This document shows, piece by piece, positions 29,932-40,628 of a stretch of 56,246 bases of DNA. Numbering within the stretch: the stretch's first letter is position 1; each line of letters begins with the position of its first letter. This stretch comes from Ignavibacteriales bacterium (lineage in GTDB: Bacteria; Bacteroidota; Ignavibacteria; UBA10030), in assembly GCA_037446575.1 (NCBI GenBank), contig JBBIII010000007.1:1-56246 (forward strand), read 5' to 3'. The notes under the pieces are model-generated. The model saw only the letters and a list, made by a program, of their open reading frames with translations, was not told where the DNA came from and did no database searches. The position numbers were made by a program, and so were the translations under genes.

Positions 29932-30010
29932 TATTTTTATCCGTTTGTTTATCGATCAATTTACATTACAAAGATACAAATCAAAAACGTTATACGGAAG
30001 TCTCATTTTT

Positions 30011-30039
30011 TTGAAGATGGCGGACTTTTTCTATATATT
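30011..30039 (+). promoter_or_regulatory. Candidate promoter implying leaderless guaA
   Basis: TTGAAG-17bp-TATATT ending 5 nt before ATG 30045; no SD. Confidence 0.4.
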
Positions 30040-30044
30040 CGATT

Positions 30045-31589
30045 ATGGAGCATAAAGAGAATATATTAGTACTTGATTTTGGGTCGCAATATACTCAATT
30101 AATAGCGCGCCGTGTTCGCGAATTAGGGGTCTACTCCGAAATACATGCTTTTAATTTTTCTATAGAGCAGATTAAAAAGTTAAAACCGATTGGTATAATC
30201 TTATCAGGCGGTCCATCAAGCGTTTATGAAAAAGATGCGCCAAAACCCAATCCGCTTATCTTCGAAATCGGCATTCCGATTCTTGGTATTTGTTACGGTT
30301 TGCAAATTATTGCAGATAAGTTCGGAGGAGAAGTAAATTCAGCGGCAAAAAGAGAATATGGAAAGGCGGAATTATTTATTGATGATAAAACCGACTTGTT
30401 TGCAGGCATAGAAAATTCAACAACAGTATGGATGAGTCATGGAGATGCGTTAAGTCGGTTGCCTATAGGTTTTGAACCGATAGCTCATTCAAGCAATGCG
30501 CCAATTTGCGCCGTTCGTAATTTGAGAAAAAAAATATATGGAGTACAGTTTCATCCAGAAGTAGTTCATACGTCCGAAGGGAAAAAAATTCTATTTAATT
30601 TCCTTTTTAAAATATGTGAAGCAAAAGGAGAATGGACTCCGGCTTCCTTTATCGAACAAACAGAAAAAGATATTAGACACAAAATCGGTTCTGCAAAAGT
30701 TCTTTGCGCACTCAGCGGCGGCGTGGATTCTACTGTACTTGCCGCGCTACTGCATCGGGCAATCGGAGATCAACTTCATTGCGTTCATATCAATAATGGA
30801 TTAATGCGAAAAAATGAAAGCGAGCAAGTCATAAAAACTTTTAGCGATGCTCTTCATGTTAATTTAACTTATATCGATGCGACAGATTTTTTTCTTTCTC
30901 GGCTTGCCGGTGTATATGACCCCGAAAAGAAACGAAAAATAATCGGCTGTACTTTTATTGAAGTTTTTGAAAACGAAGCGAAAAAGTTAAACTCAACCGT
31001 AGAATATCTTGCGCAAGGCACGCTATATCCAGATGTGATTGAATCGGTTTCATTTAAAGGACCTTCAGTTACAATTAAAACGCATCACAACGTTGGCGGG
31101 TTACCGGAAAAAATGAACTTTAAATTGATTGAACCTTTTCGCGAACTTTTTAAAGATGAAGTGAGGCAAATTGGAAATTTGCTTAATATTCCAAAAGAAT
31201 TAATAGGGCGACACCCGTTTCCCGGCCCCGGTCTTGCAGTACGTGTGCTTAGCGATGTAACAAAAGAAAAACTCGAATTACTGTGCGAAGCCGATGACAT
31301 TTTTATTCAAGAACTCAAAAAAGCTAATCTATATAACGAAATTTGGCAGGCATTTGTTGTTTTGCTCCCTGTTCGTTCTGTTGGAGTTATGGGGGATGGA
31401 CGCACTTATGAAAATGCAGTCGCTTTGCGCGCTGTAACAAGTGTTGATGGTATGACAGCCGATTGGGCAAGAATACCAAACGATGTGCTGGCTCATATCT
31501 CAAATAGAATCACCAATGAATTACGCGGAATAAATCGTGTAGTTTATGATATTAGCTCGAAACCGCCAGCTACAATAGAGTGGGAGTAG
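30045..31589 (+). CDS. guaA: GMP synthase (glutamine-hydrolysing)
   Basis: [32 protein letters not shown]. Confidence 0.99.
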   Translation: MEHKENILVLDFGSQYTQLIARRVRELGVYSEIHAFNFSIEQIKKLKPIGIILSGGPSSVYEKDAPKPNPLIFEIGIPILGICYGLQIIADKFGGEVNSAAKREYGKAELFIDDKTDLFAGIENSTTVWMSHGDALSRLPIGFEPIAHSSNAPICAVRNLRKKIYGVQFHPEVVHTSEGKKILFNFLFKICEAKGEWTPASFIEQTEKDIRHKIGSAKVLCALSGGVDSTVLAALLHRAIGDQLHCVHINNGLMRKNESEQVIKTFSDALHVNLTYIDATDFFLSRLAGVYDPEKKRKIIGCTFIEVFENEAKKLNSTVEYLAQGTLYPDVIESVSFKGPSVTIKTHHNVGGLPEKMNFKLIEPFRELFKDEVRQIGNLLNIPKELIGRHPFPGPGLAVRVLSDVTKEKLELLCEADDIFIQELKKANLYNEIWQAFVVLLPVRSVGVMGDGRTYENAVALRAVTSVDGMTADWARIPNDVLAHISNRITNELRGINRVVYDISSKPPATIEWE

Positions 31590-31668
31590 ATTCAATTAAT
31601 TAAACCAAAATGAGAATCTAATATCTAAAAAAAACTTATTTGTTAACGACCTTAAGCAAAAACATTAT

Positions 31669-32391
31669 ATGATCGAATTAAAAAATGTTACAAAGAAATT
31701 TGGCAATTTTATAGCTGTCGATAATTTAACGCTGGCAATTCCTAAGGGCGAATTTTTTGGATTTCTTGGACCAAATGGGGCGGGAAAGACTACTACAATA
31801 AAAATGATAGTAGGTTTGTTTGCTCCGACTTCCGGCGCAATAACTGTAAATGGTTACGATGTCGTAAAACAACCGATAGAAGCCAAGCAATCTCTTGCAT
31901 ATGTGCCGGATATTCCATTTTTGTACGATAAATTGACAGGGCGTGAATTTCTTTTTTTTATGGGCGGATTGTTCAATATAGAAAAATCAGTCGTAAATCA
32001 ACGAATAGCCGAGCTAATAGAGCATTTTGAAATTGGGAGTTGGATAGACAAACGCTCTGAAGATTATTCACAAGGGATGAAACAGAGAATAACAATTGCC
32101 GCCGCACTGATACATAATCCATGCGCTATCATTATTGATGAACCTATGGTTGGATTAGATCCGCGAAGCGCGAAAATTGTTCGAGAAACGCTCCACGCCA
32201 AATCTCAAAGCGGCATATCGATATTAATGTCCACGCACAGTTTATCTGTAGCGGAAGAACTATGCGATCGTATTGGAATAATCAACCATGGGAAATTGGT
32301 TTTTTGCGATTCACGAGAACAACTCCAGTTTGACAAAGACCGGTTCGATGGTAAATTCGAGTCTGTATTTCTCGAGGTTACAAAACAATAG
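31669..32391 (+). CDS. ABC transporter ATP-binding protein
   Basis: GPNGAGKT, YSQGMKQ, DEP. Confidence 0.95.
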   Translation: MIELKNVTKKFGNFIAVDNLTLAIPKGEFFGFLGPNGAGKTTTIKMIVGLFAPTSGAITVNGYDVVKQPIEAKQSLAYVPDIPFLYDKLTGREFLFFMGGLFNIEKSVVNQRIAELIEHFEIGSWIDKRSEDYSQGMKQRITIAAALIHNPCAIIIDEPMVGLDPRSAKIVRETLHAKSQSGISILMSTHSLSVAEELCDRIGIINHGKLVFCDSREQLQFDKDRFDGKFESVFLEVTKQ

Positions 32392-32396
32392 AATCA

Positions 32397-34094
32397 ATGC
32401 TTCTGCATATAATTAAATATAAATTTCGTTCGTATTTAAAATCAACTTTAGATTTACGCACAGTAGCGATTACTCGTGGAATTGGAACATTAATCGTTTA
32501 TGGAAGCTTTGCTTATGGAATGTATAGCTTAGCATATTTTCTAACAAGTTTTATGCTTGAGCATACAAAAGTAGGGCTACATCTTTATCACACATTTATT
32601 TCAATGATGCTTTTTGTGTTTTTTATAGCCGTGAATTTAGGAAATATCATAGTTTCCTATTCGACCTTGTATAGGTCGGCGGAGGTAAATTTCTTTTTTA
32701 CCAAACCTGTTCCATTTGTAAAGATATTTATATTAAAATTTTTCGACAATTTTTTTTATAGCTCAACAACATTATTTATTGTAGCTTTTATGGCGCTTTT
32801 GGGGTACGGAAATTATTTTGGTCATCCTTGGTATTTTTTCGTTGGTTCTATGCTTTTTGTTCTTATTCCATTTATGTTCTTAGCGGCTTGTCTTGCTGTT
32901 TTGGTTCTAATGGCTATTATGAAAGTAGCAGGGAAAGTAGGGTTCAAAAACGTAATGGCTGGGCTTTTTATACTATATTTTTTCCTAATATTTTTATTCT
33001 TCAAACAATCTAATCCCGTAACCTTGGTTGAGCAATTGAATCGTTATTATCCACAGATGGATGAATACATTTCGCAAGTGATACCGGCATTTCTTAATTA
33101 TCTGCCTAATCAATGGGTGTCTGAATATTTATTTTACTGTGCTCGCGGAGAAATTGTGAAAGCTTTCCCTTATGCAGGTTTAATTTTATTAATTACTATT
33201 TTGATATATGGCTTATGTATTTTTATCGCGAAACGTTACTATTACAAAAGCTGGTTAGTTTCGTTGCAAATCAAATCAATCGCTCGCGTCCCTTATAATT
33301 TGGCTAAACGAAAATTTTTAGATTTTAGATCGAAAAGCATTTTATCTCCTCAATTAGAAGTATTAACCAAAAAAGAATACTTCTCATTCATTCGCGAAGC
33401 AAGTCAATGGATTCATTTTCTTATAATGATTATCCTTACGGCATTGTTCGCATTAAGCATAAGCAATTTAAACCTCAGGTTGCGTGTAATGGATATACAA
33501 CTGCTAACGTATATAGTCATTTTTTCCTTCAGTGGTTTTATGGTTAGTTCCTTAGCTTTGAGATTTATTTTTCCGATGATTGGATTGGAAGGGCAGGCAT
33601 TTTGGACGCTCAGAAGTAGTCCGGTAAAAGAAAGTAAAATTCTATTGGTAAAATTCGTATTAGGTTTTTCGGTTGTGCTTCTAATGGCTATGTTTATTTC
33701 GATTTCTGGGAATTTACCATTTGCGAGAATGACGGCGATGCGTCCGTTGCTATTGTGGTTTGGCGTTTTTAATGCTTTTTGGATTTCGCTAACTATGGTA
33801 TCGTTAAATCTTGGGTTCGGAAGTTTTTTTGCAAATTATTCGGAACGTAATCCGATTCGTGCGGCGTCAACACAAGGGGCAACCTTAACTTTTCTTATTA
33901 CAATCGCATATTTAATCATACTTGTAATTATTATACTTTTACCGATTTCTTCTTATTTCTCGACGTTATTTATGTTTAGACAATTCGATATGAAGTTGAT
34001 AATAATTCCGGGAACGGTTTTTGGCGTAATCTCTTATATACTTACTGTAATTGGTCTAATTACCGGGCTTCGCTCATTGAGAAGAGATTTTTGA
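32397..34094 (+). CDS. Putative ABC exporter permease
   Basis: Many TM helices; follows the ATPase; EG.AFW.LRSSP motif. Confidence 0.8.
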   Translation: MLLHIIKYKFRSYLKSTLDLRTVAITRGIGTLIVYGSFAYGMYSLAYFLTSFMLEHTKVGLHLYHTFISMMLFVFFIAVNLGNIIVSYSTLYRSAEVNFFFTKPVPFVKIFILKFFDNFFYSSTTLFIVAFMALLGYGNYFGHPWYFFVGSMLFVLIPFMFLAACLAVLVLMAIMKVAGKVGFKNVMAGLFILYFFLIFLFFKQSNPVTLVEQLNRYYPQMDEYISQVIPAFLNYLPNQWVSEYLFYCARGEIVKAFPYAGLILLITILIYGLCIFIAKRYYYKSWLVSLQIKSIARVPYNLAKRKFLDFRSKSILSPQLEVLTKKEYFSFIREASQWIHFLIMIILTALFALSISNLNLRLRVMDIQLLTYIVIFSFSGFMVSSLALRFIFPMIGLEGQAFWTLRSSPVKESKILLVKFVLGFSVVLLMAMFISISGNLPFARMTAMRPLLLWFGVFNAFWISLTMVSLNLGFGSFFANYSERNPIRAASTQGATLTFLITIAYLIILVIIILLPISSYFSTLFMFRQFDMKLIIIPGTVFGVISYILTVIGLITGLRSLRRDF

Positions 34095-34145
34095 TTGCAA
34101 CTTATATTGTATTGCAATATTTTTTAATCAGACAATAATAACAAA

Positions 34146-36161
34146 ATGATGGGAATAAAAATGTTGAGCAGAAAGCGACTTTGTTATTTCATATTAATAT
34201 TTTTTGGAATTGTTAATTTTGCTGTAGCGCAAATCATTCGGGATAGCATCATTTATGTTCCAGAGGTGGAGTATGAGTTTGTTGAAGCTATGAAATTTTT
34301 TCGGGATCGCCAATTTGATTCTGCTTCAATTAAATTTATCAAATCGATAAAGATACATCCTAGAAGTCATCGAGCTACTGGCGCATATATAATGGGGGGT
34401 AAAGCTTTATATGAAATCGGAAATTACCGTGAGTCGATACGATTATTAAAAGATTTGATTGATCTCTATCCGCAATCAGATTATGAAGATGACGCACGCT
34501 ATTCGCTTGGATTGAATTATTATAGATTGGGACGTTATGAAGACGCGACCTCGGAATTTGTATGGGTGTTTGAGCAATCAAATGAACCCCGCCTTGTATT
34601 GCGCTCGCAAAGAATGACGGAGATGCTGACAGCTTCACATTTAACATTATCTGAATTGAAAATGCTTTTACCAGAAGCAAAAAAAGAAGCGATGAAAGCT
34701 CTAATCAATATGCGTGTCGCAGAAAAGCTATTGCGCACAGGGGATTTGAATGATGCAGAAGGATTATTACAAAATGTGGCAAATATGCCGCCGAACATAA
34801 AATATGCAGATGAAGCTCGCAATATACTCGAACAAATGAAAAGACAGGGCGGAATAAAAATTGGAGTTGCTTTGCCCTTAATGTTAAAATCTGATAATGC
34901 GGAAATGCGTTCCTTAGGATTAGAATTTTTACAAGGAATTCAACTTGCAATTGATGAATATAACCTAACGGTTCCAGTTAAAATTGGAGTCGATGTACGC
35001 GACACTGAAAAAGACCCGAGTGTAGCTGCCCGTCAAGTTGCGGATTTATGCAGTGATGAAAAAGTTTCGGTGATAATAGGTCCAATTATAAGCAGTGAAG
35101 TTTTTGCTTGCGCTGGCATTGCTAACGAAAGAGGCGTTCCATTAATTACGCCAACAGCCACGGCAAATGGAATTGCAGCAATAGGACCATATATATTTCA
35201 AGCAAATCCGGATTTCGACACGCGCGGCAGATGCGCCGCGGCTTATGCATTTCATTCATTAAGCGCACGGACATTTGCGGTGCTTTCTCCAATAGATGCG
35301 ATAGGCAAGCAAATGGCGGATTCTTTTATTTCAGAAGTGGAATTACTCGGAGGCGAACTAATTGATGCGCAATTTTATCATACAGGTTCTACAGATTTAC
35401 GCACGGAATTGATGTCTATACGCAGAAAAGCTTTAGAAAAAATAAAAAACTATGTAATTGATTTCAGCGCGAAGATACGCCATACAGATATTAACAAATT
35501 GATTAAATGGGGGGTAAGCGCTCGTATTGTGGATTCTCTTGTGGAAAAAGGATTAACAGCGCAGGTAACATATTTATTTGGGGAACGTGGAGCAATCATT
35601 GCCGATTCTTTAGGATTTCAAACGCGAATTGAACATTTAAAATATGATAGTTTAGGATTGCCGGTTACAAATATAGATGTAATCTTTGTCCCTATAGCCA
35701 GTTACGAGGAAATTCCAATTTTAAGTTCTCAAATAAAATTTTTCAATTTACAAGGCAAGATACTCGGGACTGGAGAATGGTTCGATATAGCGGCGTTAGA
35801 TCAAAATAAACAATATACTGACGGACTAATATTTTTTGTAGATACAGATGTAAATCAATCGGACGGAAGCTTTAAAGAATTTGAAGAAAAGTTCCGACTT
35901 GCCAATAAAGATAATCAGCCGCGAACGAATGCATTATTTGGTTATGATGTCGCTAAAATGATTGTACAGATAATATCACAAGGAAAAATAAGAAGAAAAG
36001 ATATTGCGAATGCAATTTCAGGTATAAAGGATTATAAGGGATTGCGCTCAAAAATTTCGTTATCGAATAATCGAGTAAATTCATATATGACTGTAATGGA
36101 ATATAAAAAACGGCAAGTAAAAAAAATAGGAGAAATTGATTTAGCAACAATCGGGAAATAA
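34146..36161 (+). CDS. TPR + periplasmic-binding-fold protein (LpoA/LppC-like)
   Basis: N-terminal TPRs; KIGVALPL, IIGP, PLITPTA, GYDVA type-I PBP fold. Confidence 0.75.
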   Translation: MMGIKMLSRKRLCYFILIFFGIVNFAVAQIIRDSIIYVPEVEYEFVEAMKFFRDRQFDSASIKFIKSIKIHPRSHRATGAYIMGGKALYEIGNYRESIRLLKDLIDLYPQSDYEDDARYSLGLNYYRLGRYEDATSEFVWVFEQSNEPRLVLRSQRMTEMLTASHLTLSELKMLLPEAKKEAMKALINMRVAEKLLRTGDLNDAEGLLQNVANMPPNIKYADEARNILEQMKRQGGIKIGVALPLMLKSDNAEMRSLGLEFLQGIQLAIDEYNLTVPVKIGVDVRDTEKDPSVAARQVADLCSDEKVSVIIGPIISSEVFACAGIANERGVPLITPTATANGIAAIGPYIFQANPDFDTRGRCAAAYAFHSLSARTFAVLSPIDAIGKQMADSFISEVELLGGELIDAQFYHTGSTDLRTELMSIRRKALEKIKNYVIDFSAKIRHTDINKLIKWGVSARIVDSLVEKGLTAQVTYLFGERGAIIADSLGFQTRIEHLKYDSLGLPVTNIDVIFVPIASYEEIPILSSQIKFFNLQGKILGTGEWFDIAALDQNKQYTDGLIFFVDTDVNQSDGSFKEFEEKFRLANKDNQPRTNALFGYDVAKMIVQIISQGKIRRKDIANAISGIKDYKGLRSKISLSNNRVNSYMTVMEYKKRQVKKIGEIDLATIGK

Positions 36162-36165
36162 TATT

Positions 36166-36888
36166 TTGAATCAGGATTTTAAAACAGATCGAATATCAGA
36201 AGCTTTGTATTATCATATACCGATTACAAAGTGGCCAACAGATGAAAGGCCAAGGGAAAAATTGCTTCAACGAGGGGCTGAAAACTTAACCGATGCCGAA
36301 TTGCTTGCAATTTTAATAAGAACAGGCAAGAAAGGACAAACAGCAATTGATCTTGCAAGAAAACTTTTTAGCGAAGAAAAGAGTATAAAAGACATTTCTT
36401 TGATGTCGGTCGAGGATATTAAAAAAGTAGGTATCGGAGAAAGTCGCGCTATTGCAATTGTTGCGGCTTTTGAATTAGCAAGGCGTTTGCCAGAAGTAAA
36501 AAATAAAGAAAGTATAATAATAAAATCACCTGAAGATATTGTTCGTAATTACGCTTCTAAATTTAAGAACTTACTTCAAGAGGAATTTTGGGTGTTTCCT
36601 TTAAATTCAATAAATAAGTTGTTGGTGCCTAAGCAAATAAGCAAGGGAATTTTAGGTTCATCTTTGGCGCATCCGCGTGAGTGTTTTAGAGAATCGATTT
36701 CTCAGTCTGCCGCAGCGGTTATATTTGTTCACAATCATCCTAGCGGAAACCCGGAACCGAGTCAAGAAGATATGATAATGACAAAACAGTTGGTAGAAGC
36801 GGGTAAAATAATCGGCATCGCAGTTCATGACCACATAATAGTTGCCGCCGATAGTTATACGAGTTTTGCTGAACGTAATTTGTTGTGA
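36166..36888 (+). CDS. radC: RadC (JAB domain) protein
   Basis: RPREKL, HPRE, HNHPSG...PS..D, DHII. Confidence 0.95.
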   Translation: MNQDFKTDRISEALYYHIPITKWPTDERPREKLLQRGAENLTDAELLAILIRTGKKGQTAIDLARKLFSEEKSIKDISLMSVEDIKKVGIGESRAIAIVAAFELARRLPEVKNKESIIIKSPEDIVRNYASKFKNLLQEEFWVFPLNSINKLLVPKQISKGILGSSLAHPRECFRESISQSAAAVIFVHNHPSGNPEPSQEDMIMTKQLVEAGKIIGIAVHDHIIVAADSYTSFAERNLL

Positions 36889-36966
36889 TTTATTTAGCGG
36901 ATATTTACTCTATTAAGTAGATAATTGAATTAATATTAAACAAAAATAATTATTGATGGATTTTGC

Positions 36967-36995
36967 TTGACTTTTTTTGGTCTTCTGTTTATTAT
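36967..36995 (+). promoter_or_regulatory. Candidate sigma70 promoter
   Basis: TTGACT-17bp-TATTAT. Confidence 0.55.
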
Positions 36996-37055
36996 TGTGT
37001 TGCATTCAATTTGAAAATAAATAGACAATAATTAATAATTAAGGAGAATCGAACG

Positions 37056-37319
37056 ATGAGAAAGCAGATGAATCTCATAGTAATTGGAAGCGCGATGATA
37101 GCTGGATCGTTCATTGGGTGCTCGAATAAGCCCTCAGAAGCTGAAATGAAGCAATTGAACGATTTAAAAGCCGAGGTATCATCGTTAGAAAAAGCAATTT
37201 CAGCAAGGGAATCAGAAAAAGCGGCATTGTTGAAAGCAATTGCAGAAAAAGATGCACAATTAGCGATATGCTTAAAAGATAAAGAGGCTTTGCAACAGCA
37301 TATTAAAGGTATGCAATAA
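37056..37319 (+). CDS. Small coiled-coil lipoprotein
   Basis: SD AAGGAG; lipobox FIGC; heptad pattern. Confidence 0.8.
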   Translation: MRKQMNLIVIGSAMIAGSFIGCSNKPSEAEMKQLNDLKAEVSSLEKAISARESEKAALLKAIAEKDAQLAICLKDKEALQQHIKGMQ

Positions 37320-37346
37320 TTACGGATAGAAAAGGAGAAAATAGAT

Positions 37347-38090
37347 ATGAAATACTTCATTCGTTTAAATTTGATCGCTTTATTATTAAGTACGATCGCT
37401 TTCGTTGCAATAGGACAAATAGAGTTAACGAAAGATGAGTGGCAAAAACAGATTACTTCTTTAACTACAAGCAGAAATGATCTAAAGAATAAACTTGAAG
37501 GTTTGCAAAAAGAAGTTGCTAATCTTCAAAAACAAGATGGAGAAAAAGCTTTAGCATTGAAGCAATGCCAAGATGAGGTAGCTGCACTGCACGGAAAAGA
37601 AGAAGCTCCTTTTATTGCAAAACTCGATGCAATCGACGCACGTATTAACGAACTAACGCGTTTATCAAATCAAGATTTGTGGGCGCGTAAAGCTGAACTT
37701 GATACTGTGCAAAAATGGATAAGCAATGCACGTAAAGATCCGTTAAGCGCTCTGAAAAAATTCAAAGATCGGTTGGATAGTCAACAGGGCAGATTAGATG
37801 CATTAAAAAAGAATTTAGAACAAATTATAGCAAGCGGTCAAATTATGCCTATATACACAGTAGGAACATGGGCAAAAGATAGAGATTGCTTGTGGAACAT
37901 TGCGAAGAAACCAAAGATTTACAATAATCCATTCTTGTGGCCAAAAATTTGGCAGGGAAATAGAGACCAGATAAAAAATCCTGATGTAATTCATCCAGGT
38001 CAAAAATTAAAGATACCTCCTAAAGCTGAATTAACAAAAGAGGAAAGATCAGCATTGAAGAGATATTGGTCTAACAAACAAGGAAAATAA
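37347..38090 (+). CDS. Coiled-coil + LysM peptidoglycan-binding protein
   Basis: YTV...DCLWNIA...IY.....WPKIW..N.DQIKNPD.I.PGQ.L.IP. Confidence 0.9.
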   Translation: MKYFIRLNLIALLLSTIAFVAIGQIELTKDEWQKQITSLTTSRNDLKNKLEGLQKEVANLQKQDGEKALALKQCQDEVAALHGKEEAPFIAKLDAIDARINELTRLSNQDLWARKAELDTVQKWISNARKDPLSALKKFKDRLDSQQGRLDALKKNLEQIIASGQIMPIYTVGTWAKDRDCLWNIAKKPKIYNNPFLWPKIWQGNRDQIKNPDVIHPGQKLKIPPKAELTKEERSALKRYWSNKQGK

Positions 38091-38148
38091 TAATAAATAA
38101 GAGGTTTTATCACGCTTATTCTGCGTGTATATAATGAGTAATAAGATT

Positions 38149-38193
38149 AACGCCCTTGTGATAGTAAAAAACTATCAAAGGGCGTTTGTTTTT
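38149..38193 (+). terminator. Intrinsic terminator
   Basis: aacgccctt..tgatagt-loop-actatca.aagggcgtt followed by a T-rich run. Confidence 0.8.
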
Positions 38194-38218
38194 ATAAAAC
38201 TGTAAGGAGAGTTATAGA

Positions 38219-39220
38219 TTGACAGAAAAGAAAATCTCGTTAGCTGGCGTTGATGTTGTTCAATTGCTTGGTTTTAATGATGCGAATTTACAATTGATAG
38301 AAGAAAGATTCGATGCAAACCTTACGGTTCGCGGAGATCAATTGACAATACGGGGATCGCAATTTGAAATAGGCAAAATTGAAAAAGTTGTTGGCGAACT
38401 GATTTATATGTTGAACAAGAACGGCAGTTTAAATCCGAACGACATTGACACAGTCATTGATTTAGTTTCTGTAAATAGCGCCACGCCTGATCTCCCTTCA
38501 GAAGTAAAAGCCGATGAAAGCGATTCGGTAATTCTTTATACGAAAGCTGGAATTATTAAAGCAAGAACACAAGGACAAAAGCAATACATACAGCAGATAC
38601 GCAAGAACGACATAGTATTTGCTATTGGACCTGCAGGCACGGGAAAAACCTACCTTGCTGTTGCGATGGCGGTAGCGGCATTAAAAAATCGCGATGTTAC
38701 ACGAATTATATTGGCAAGACCCGCCGTTGAAGCCGGGGAAAGTTTAGGATTTTTACCGGGGGATTTTCGAGAAAAAATTGATCCTTATTTGCGTCCGCTT
38801 TACGATGCGTTAGATGATATGCTTTCGGTCGAAAAGCTGAGAGGGTATATAGAAAAAAGAATAATTGAAATTGTGCCATTGGCGTATATGCGTGGTAGAA
38901 CCTTGCATAATGCTTTCGTTATTCTTGATGAGGCGCAGAATGCAACTGCAATGCAGATGAAGATGTTTTTAACTCGGTTAGGCGGGAATTCGCGTGCAAT
39001 CATTACTGGCGATATTACTCAAATTGATCTTCCCGCCAAAACTACATCTGGTCTTGTTCAAATTCAAGAAGTGCTAAAAAAAGTTCAAGGAATAACTTTT
39101 TGTTATATGGATAAAAATGATGTTGTTCGGCATCGTTTAGTTAAAGATATTATAGATGCTTATGATAAATATCGTGTTAACGGAGGCGCAGAAAACAAAA
39201 CTAACAATGGTGCTAATTAA
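38219..39220 (+). CDS. phoH: PhoH-like ATPase (YbeZ)
   Basis: GPAGTGKT, RPAVEAGE.LGFLPG, YMRGRT, DEAQN. Confidence 0.95.
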   Translation: MTEKKISLAGVDVVQLLGFNDANLQLIEERFDANLTVRGDQLTIRGSQFEIGKIEKVVGELIYMLNKNGSLNPNDIDTVIDLVSVNSATPDLPSEVKADESDSVILYTKAGIIKARTQGQKQYIQQIRKNDIVFAIGPAGTGKTYLAVAMAVAALKNRDVTRIILARPAVEAGESLGFLPGDFREKIDPYLRPLYDALDDMLSVEKLRGYIEKRIIEIVPLAYMRGRTLHNAFVILDEAQNATAMQMKMFLTRLGGNSRAIITGDITQIDLPAKTTSGLVQIQEVLKKVQGITFCYMDKNDVVRHRLVKDIIDAYDKYRVNGGAENKTNNGAN

Positions 39221-39993
39221 TTTTTTGATTTTTTCTTTGCTTCCCATATCTCATCCATTTCTTTAAGCGAAACATTACCGATTTTTTTTCCGCGATTTTC
39301 TAATTCTTTTTCTATTTCACGGAATCTCTTTGAAAATTTTTCTACAGAACTTTTTAGGGCAAATTCCGGATTAACATGTATAAAGCGTGAATAATTTACG
39401 AGAGCAAAGAGAAGGTCGCCATATTCTTCTTCTATATGCTCTTTATGTTTTTTTTGTTCAGCTGTTCGTAATTCTTCTATTTCTTCTACTACTTTTTTCC
39501 ATACGTCCTTCTTTTTTTTCCAATCGAAGCCCACTTTAGAAGCTTTTTCTTGAATACGCAAAGCACGTAATAACGCCGGCATCTTTATTGGTACTCCGTC
39601 AATTATAGATTTTCTGCCTTCAGTCAGTTTAATATGTTCCCAATTCTTTTTAACCTCTTGCGCATCTTTAACATCAAGATTATTAAATACGTGCGGATGA
39701 CGACGTATCATTTTTTCCGTAATCGTTTCAATCACATCTTTTAACGAGAAAGATTTGCATTCCTCTGCCATGATTGCGTGTAAAGTTATATGTAAGAGCA
39801 AATCTCCGAGTTCTTGCTTCAATTCAGTAAAATTGTCTTGCTCAATTGCTTCGATAACTTCATAAGCTTCTTCAATTAAGCTATGTCTAATGGACCGATG
39901 TGTCTGTTGCCGATCCCAAGGGCATTCTTTTCGTAGAGTTCTAACTATCTGTATAAAATTTTCAAAAACATCGTTGTGATTTTTACGCGTCAT
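39217..39993 (-). CDS. mazG: Nucleoside triphosphate pyrophosphohydrolase
   Basis: CPWD..QT, EEAYE, ELGDLL, RRHPHVF, EEYGD. Confidence 0.96.
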   Translation of the reverse strand: MTRKNHNDVFENFIQIVRTLRKECPWDRQQTHRSIRHSLIEEAYEVIEAIEQDNFTELKQELGDLLLHITLHAIMAEECKSFSLKDVIETITEKMIRRHPHVFNNLDVKDAQEVKKNWEHIKLTEGRKSIIDGVPIKMPALLRALRIQEKASKVGFDWKKKKDVWKKVVEEIEELRTAEQKKHKEHIEEEYGDLLFALVNYSRFIHVNPEFALKSSVEKFSKRFREIEKELENRGKKIGNVSLKEMDEIWEAKKKSKN

Positions 39994-40079
39994 AGAGTTT
40001 TTTACTCATCATACATAAAATCGAAGTTAGAATCAATGTTTGTTTTTTTAATAGTTATTGCGTAATTTTAAACAAATTA

Positions 40080-40152
40080 GGGGCTGTAGCTCAGTTGGGA
40101 GAGCGCTTCGTTCGCAACGAAGAGGTCGTCAGTTCGATCCTGATCAGCTCCA
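40080..40152 (+). tRNA. tRNA-Ala(CGC), CCA not encoded
   Basis: Acceptor GGGGCTG/CAGCTCC with G3:U70; anticodon arm cttcg-ttCGCaa-cgaag; T-loop TTCGATC. Confidence 0.96.
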
Positions 40153-40226
40153 CAAAGATTAGAAATATTTCTTTCTAGTTATTATTGAATAGCAAAACAA
40201 TAGGATTGGAGTTTTAGTGGGTCATT

Positions 40227-40328
40227 GGGGTCAAGTCCTGTGCAACAAATCATTGCCCAACCCCGCCAGGTCCGGAAGGAAGCAACGGTCAGCAAATCGT
40301 TTTGTGTGACGCAGGTAAGCTTGACCTC
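40227..40328 (+). ncRNA. ffs: Signal recognition particle RNA (4.5S)
   Basis: CAGGTCCGGAAGGAAGCAAC domain IV; ggggtcaag/cttgacctc closing stem; T-run follows. Confidence 0.95.
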
Positions 40329-40628
40329 TTTTTTTATTATATGAAGTTATGAAGCTATGCCTGTGGTTTGAGCAAGTTATGACAAACCGAGCAGGTAATT
40401 AAATGATTCATAATAATAGCAAACAGATCTTTTCACTTATGTTAGCAAAGACTAACTACAATATTGCTAAAATAAGCAAGGCGCTGTACATTGATCGATT
40501 CGGTGAGAGACTCAAAGGATTTTATAACTGCACTGAATTTCTTTTAAAATTAGGCAGAAATTTCCTGCTTCGTTCAAAAATACTAAGCGCTTTCAAAAAA
40601 ATACTTTTCAAGTGGGATAGGATTTTGC

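Noticed and set aside
36166-36888. radC as a marker of a mobile element
   Set aside because: Full-length chromosomal form in a housekeeping context; no integrase or att repeats nearby
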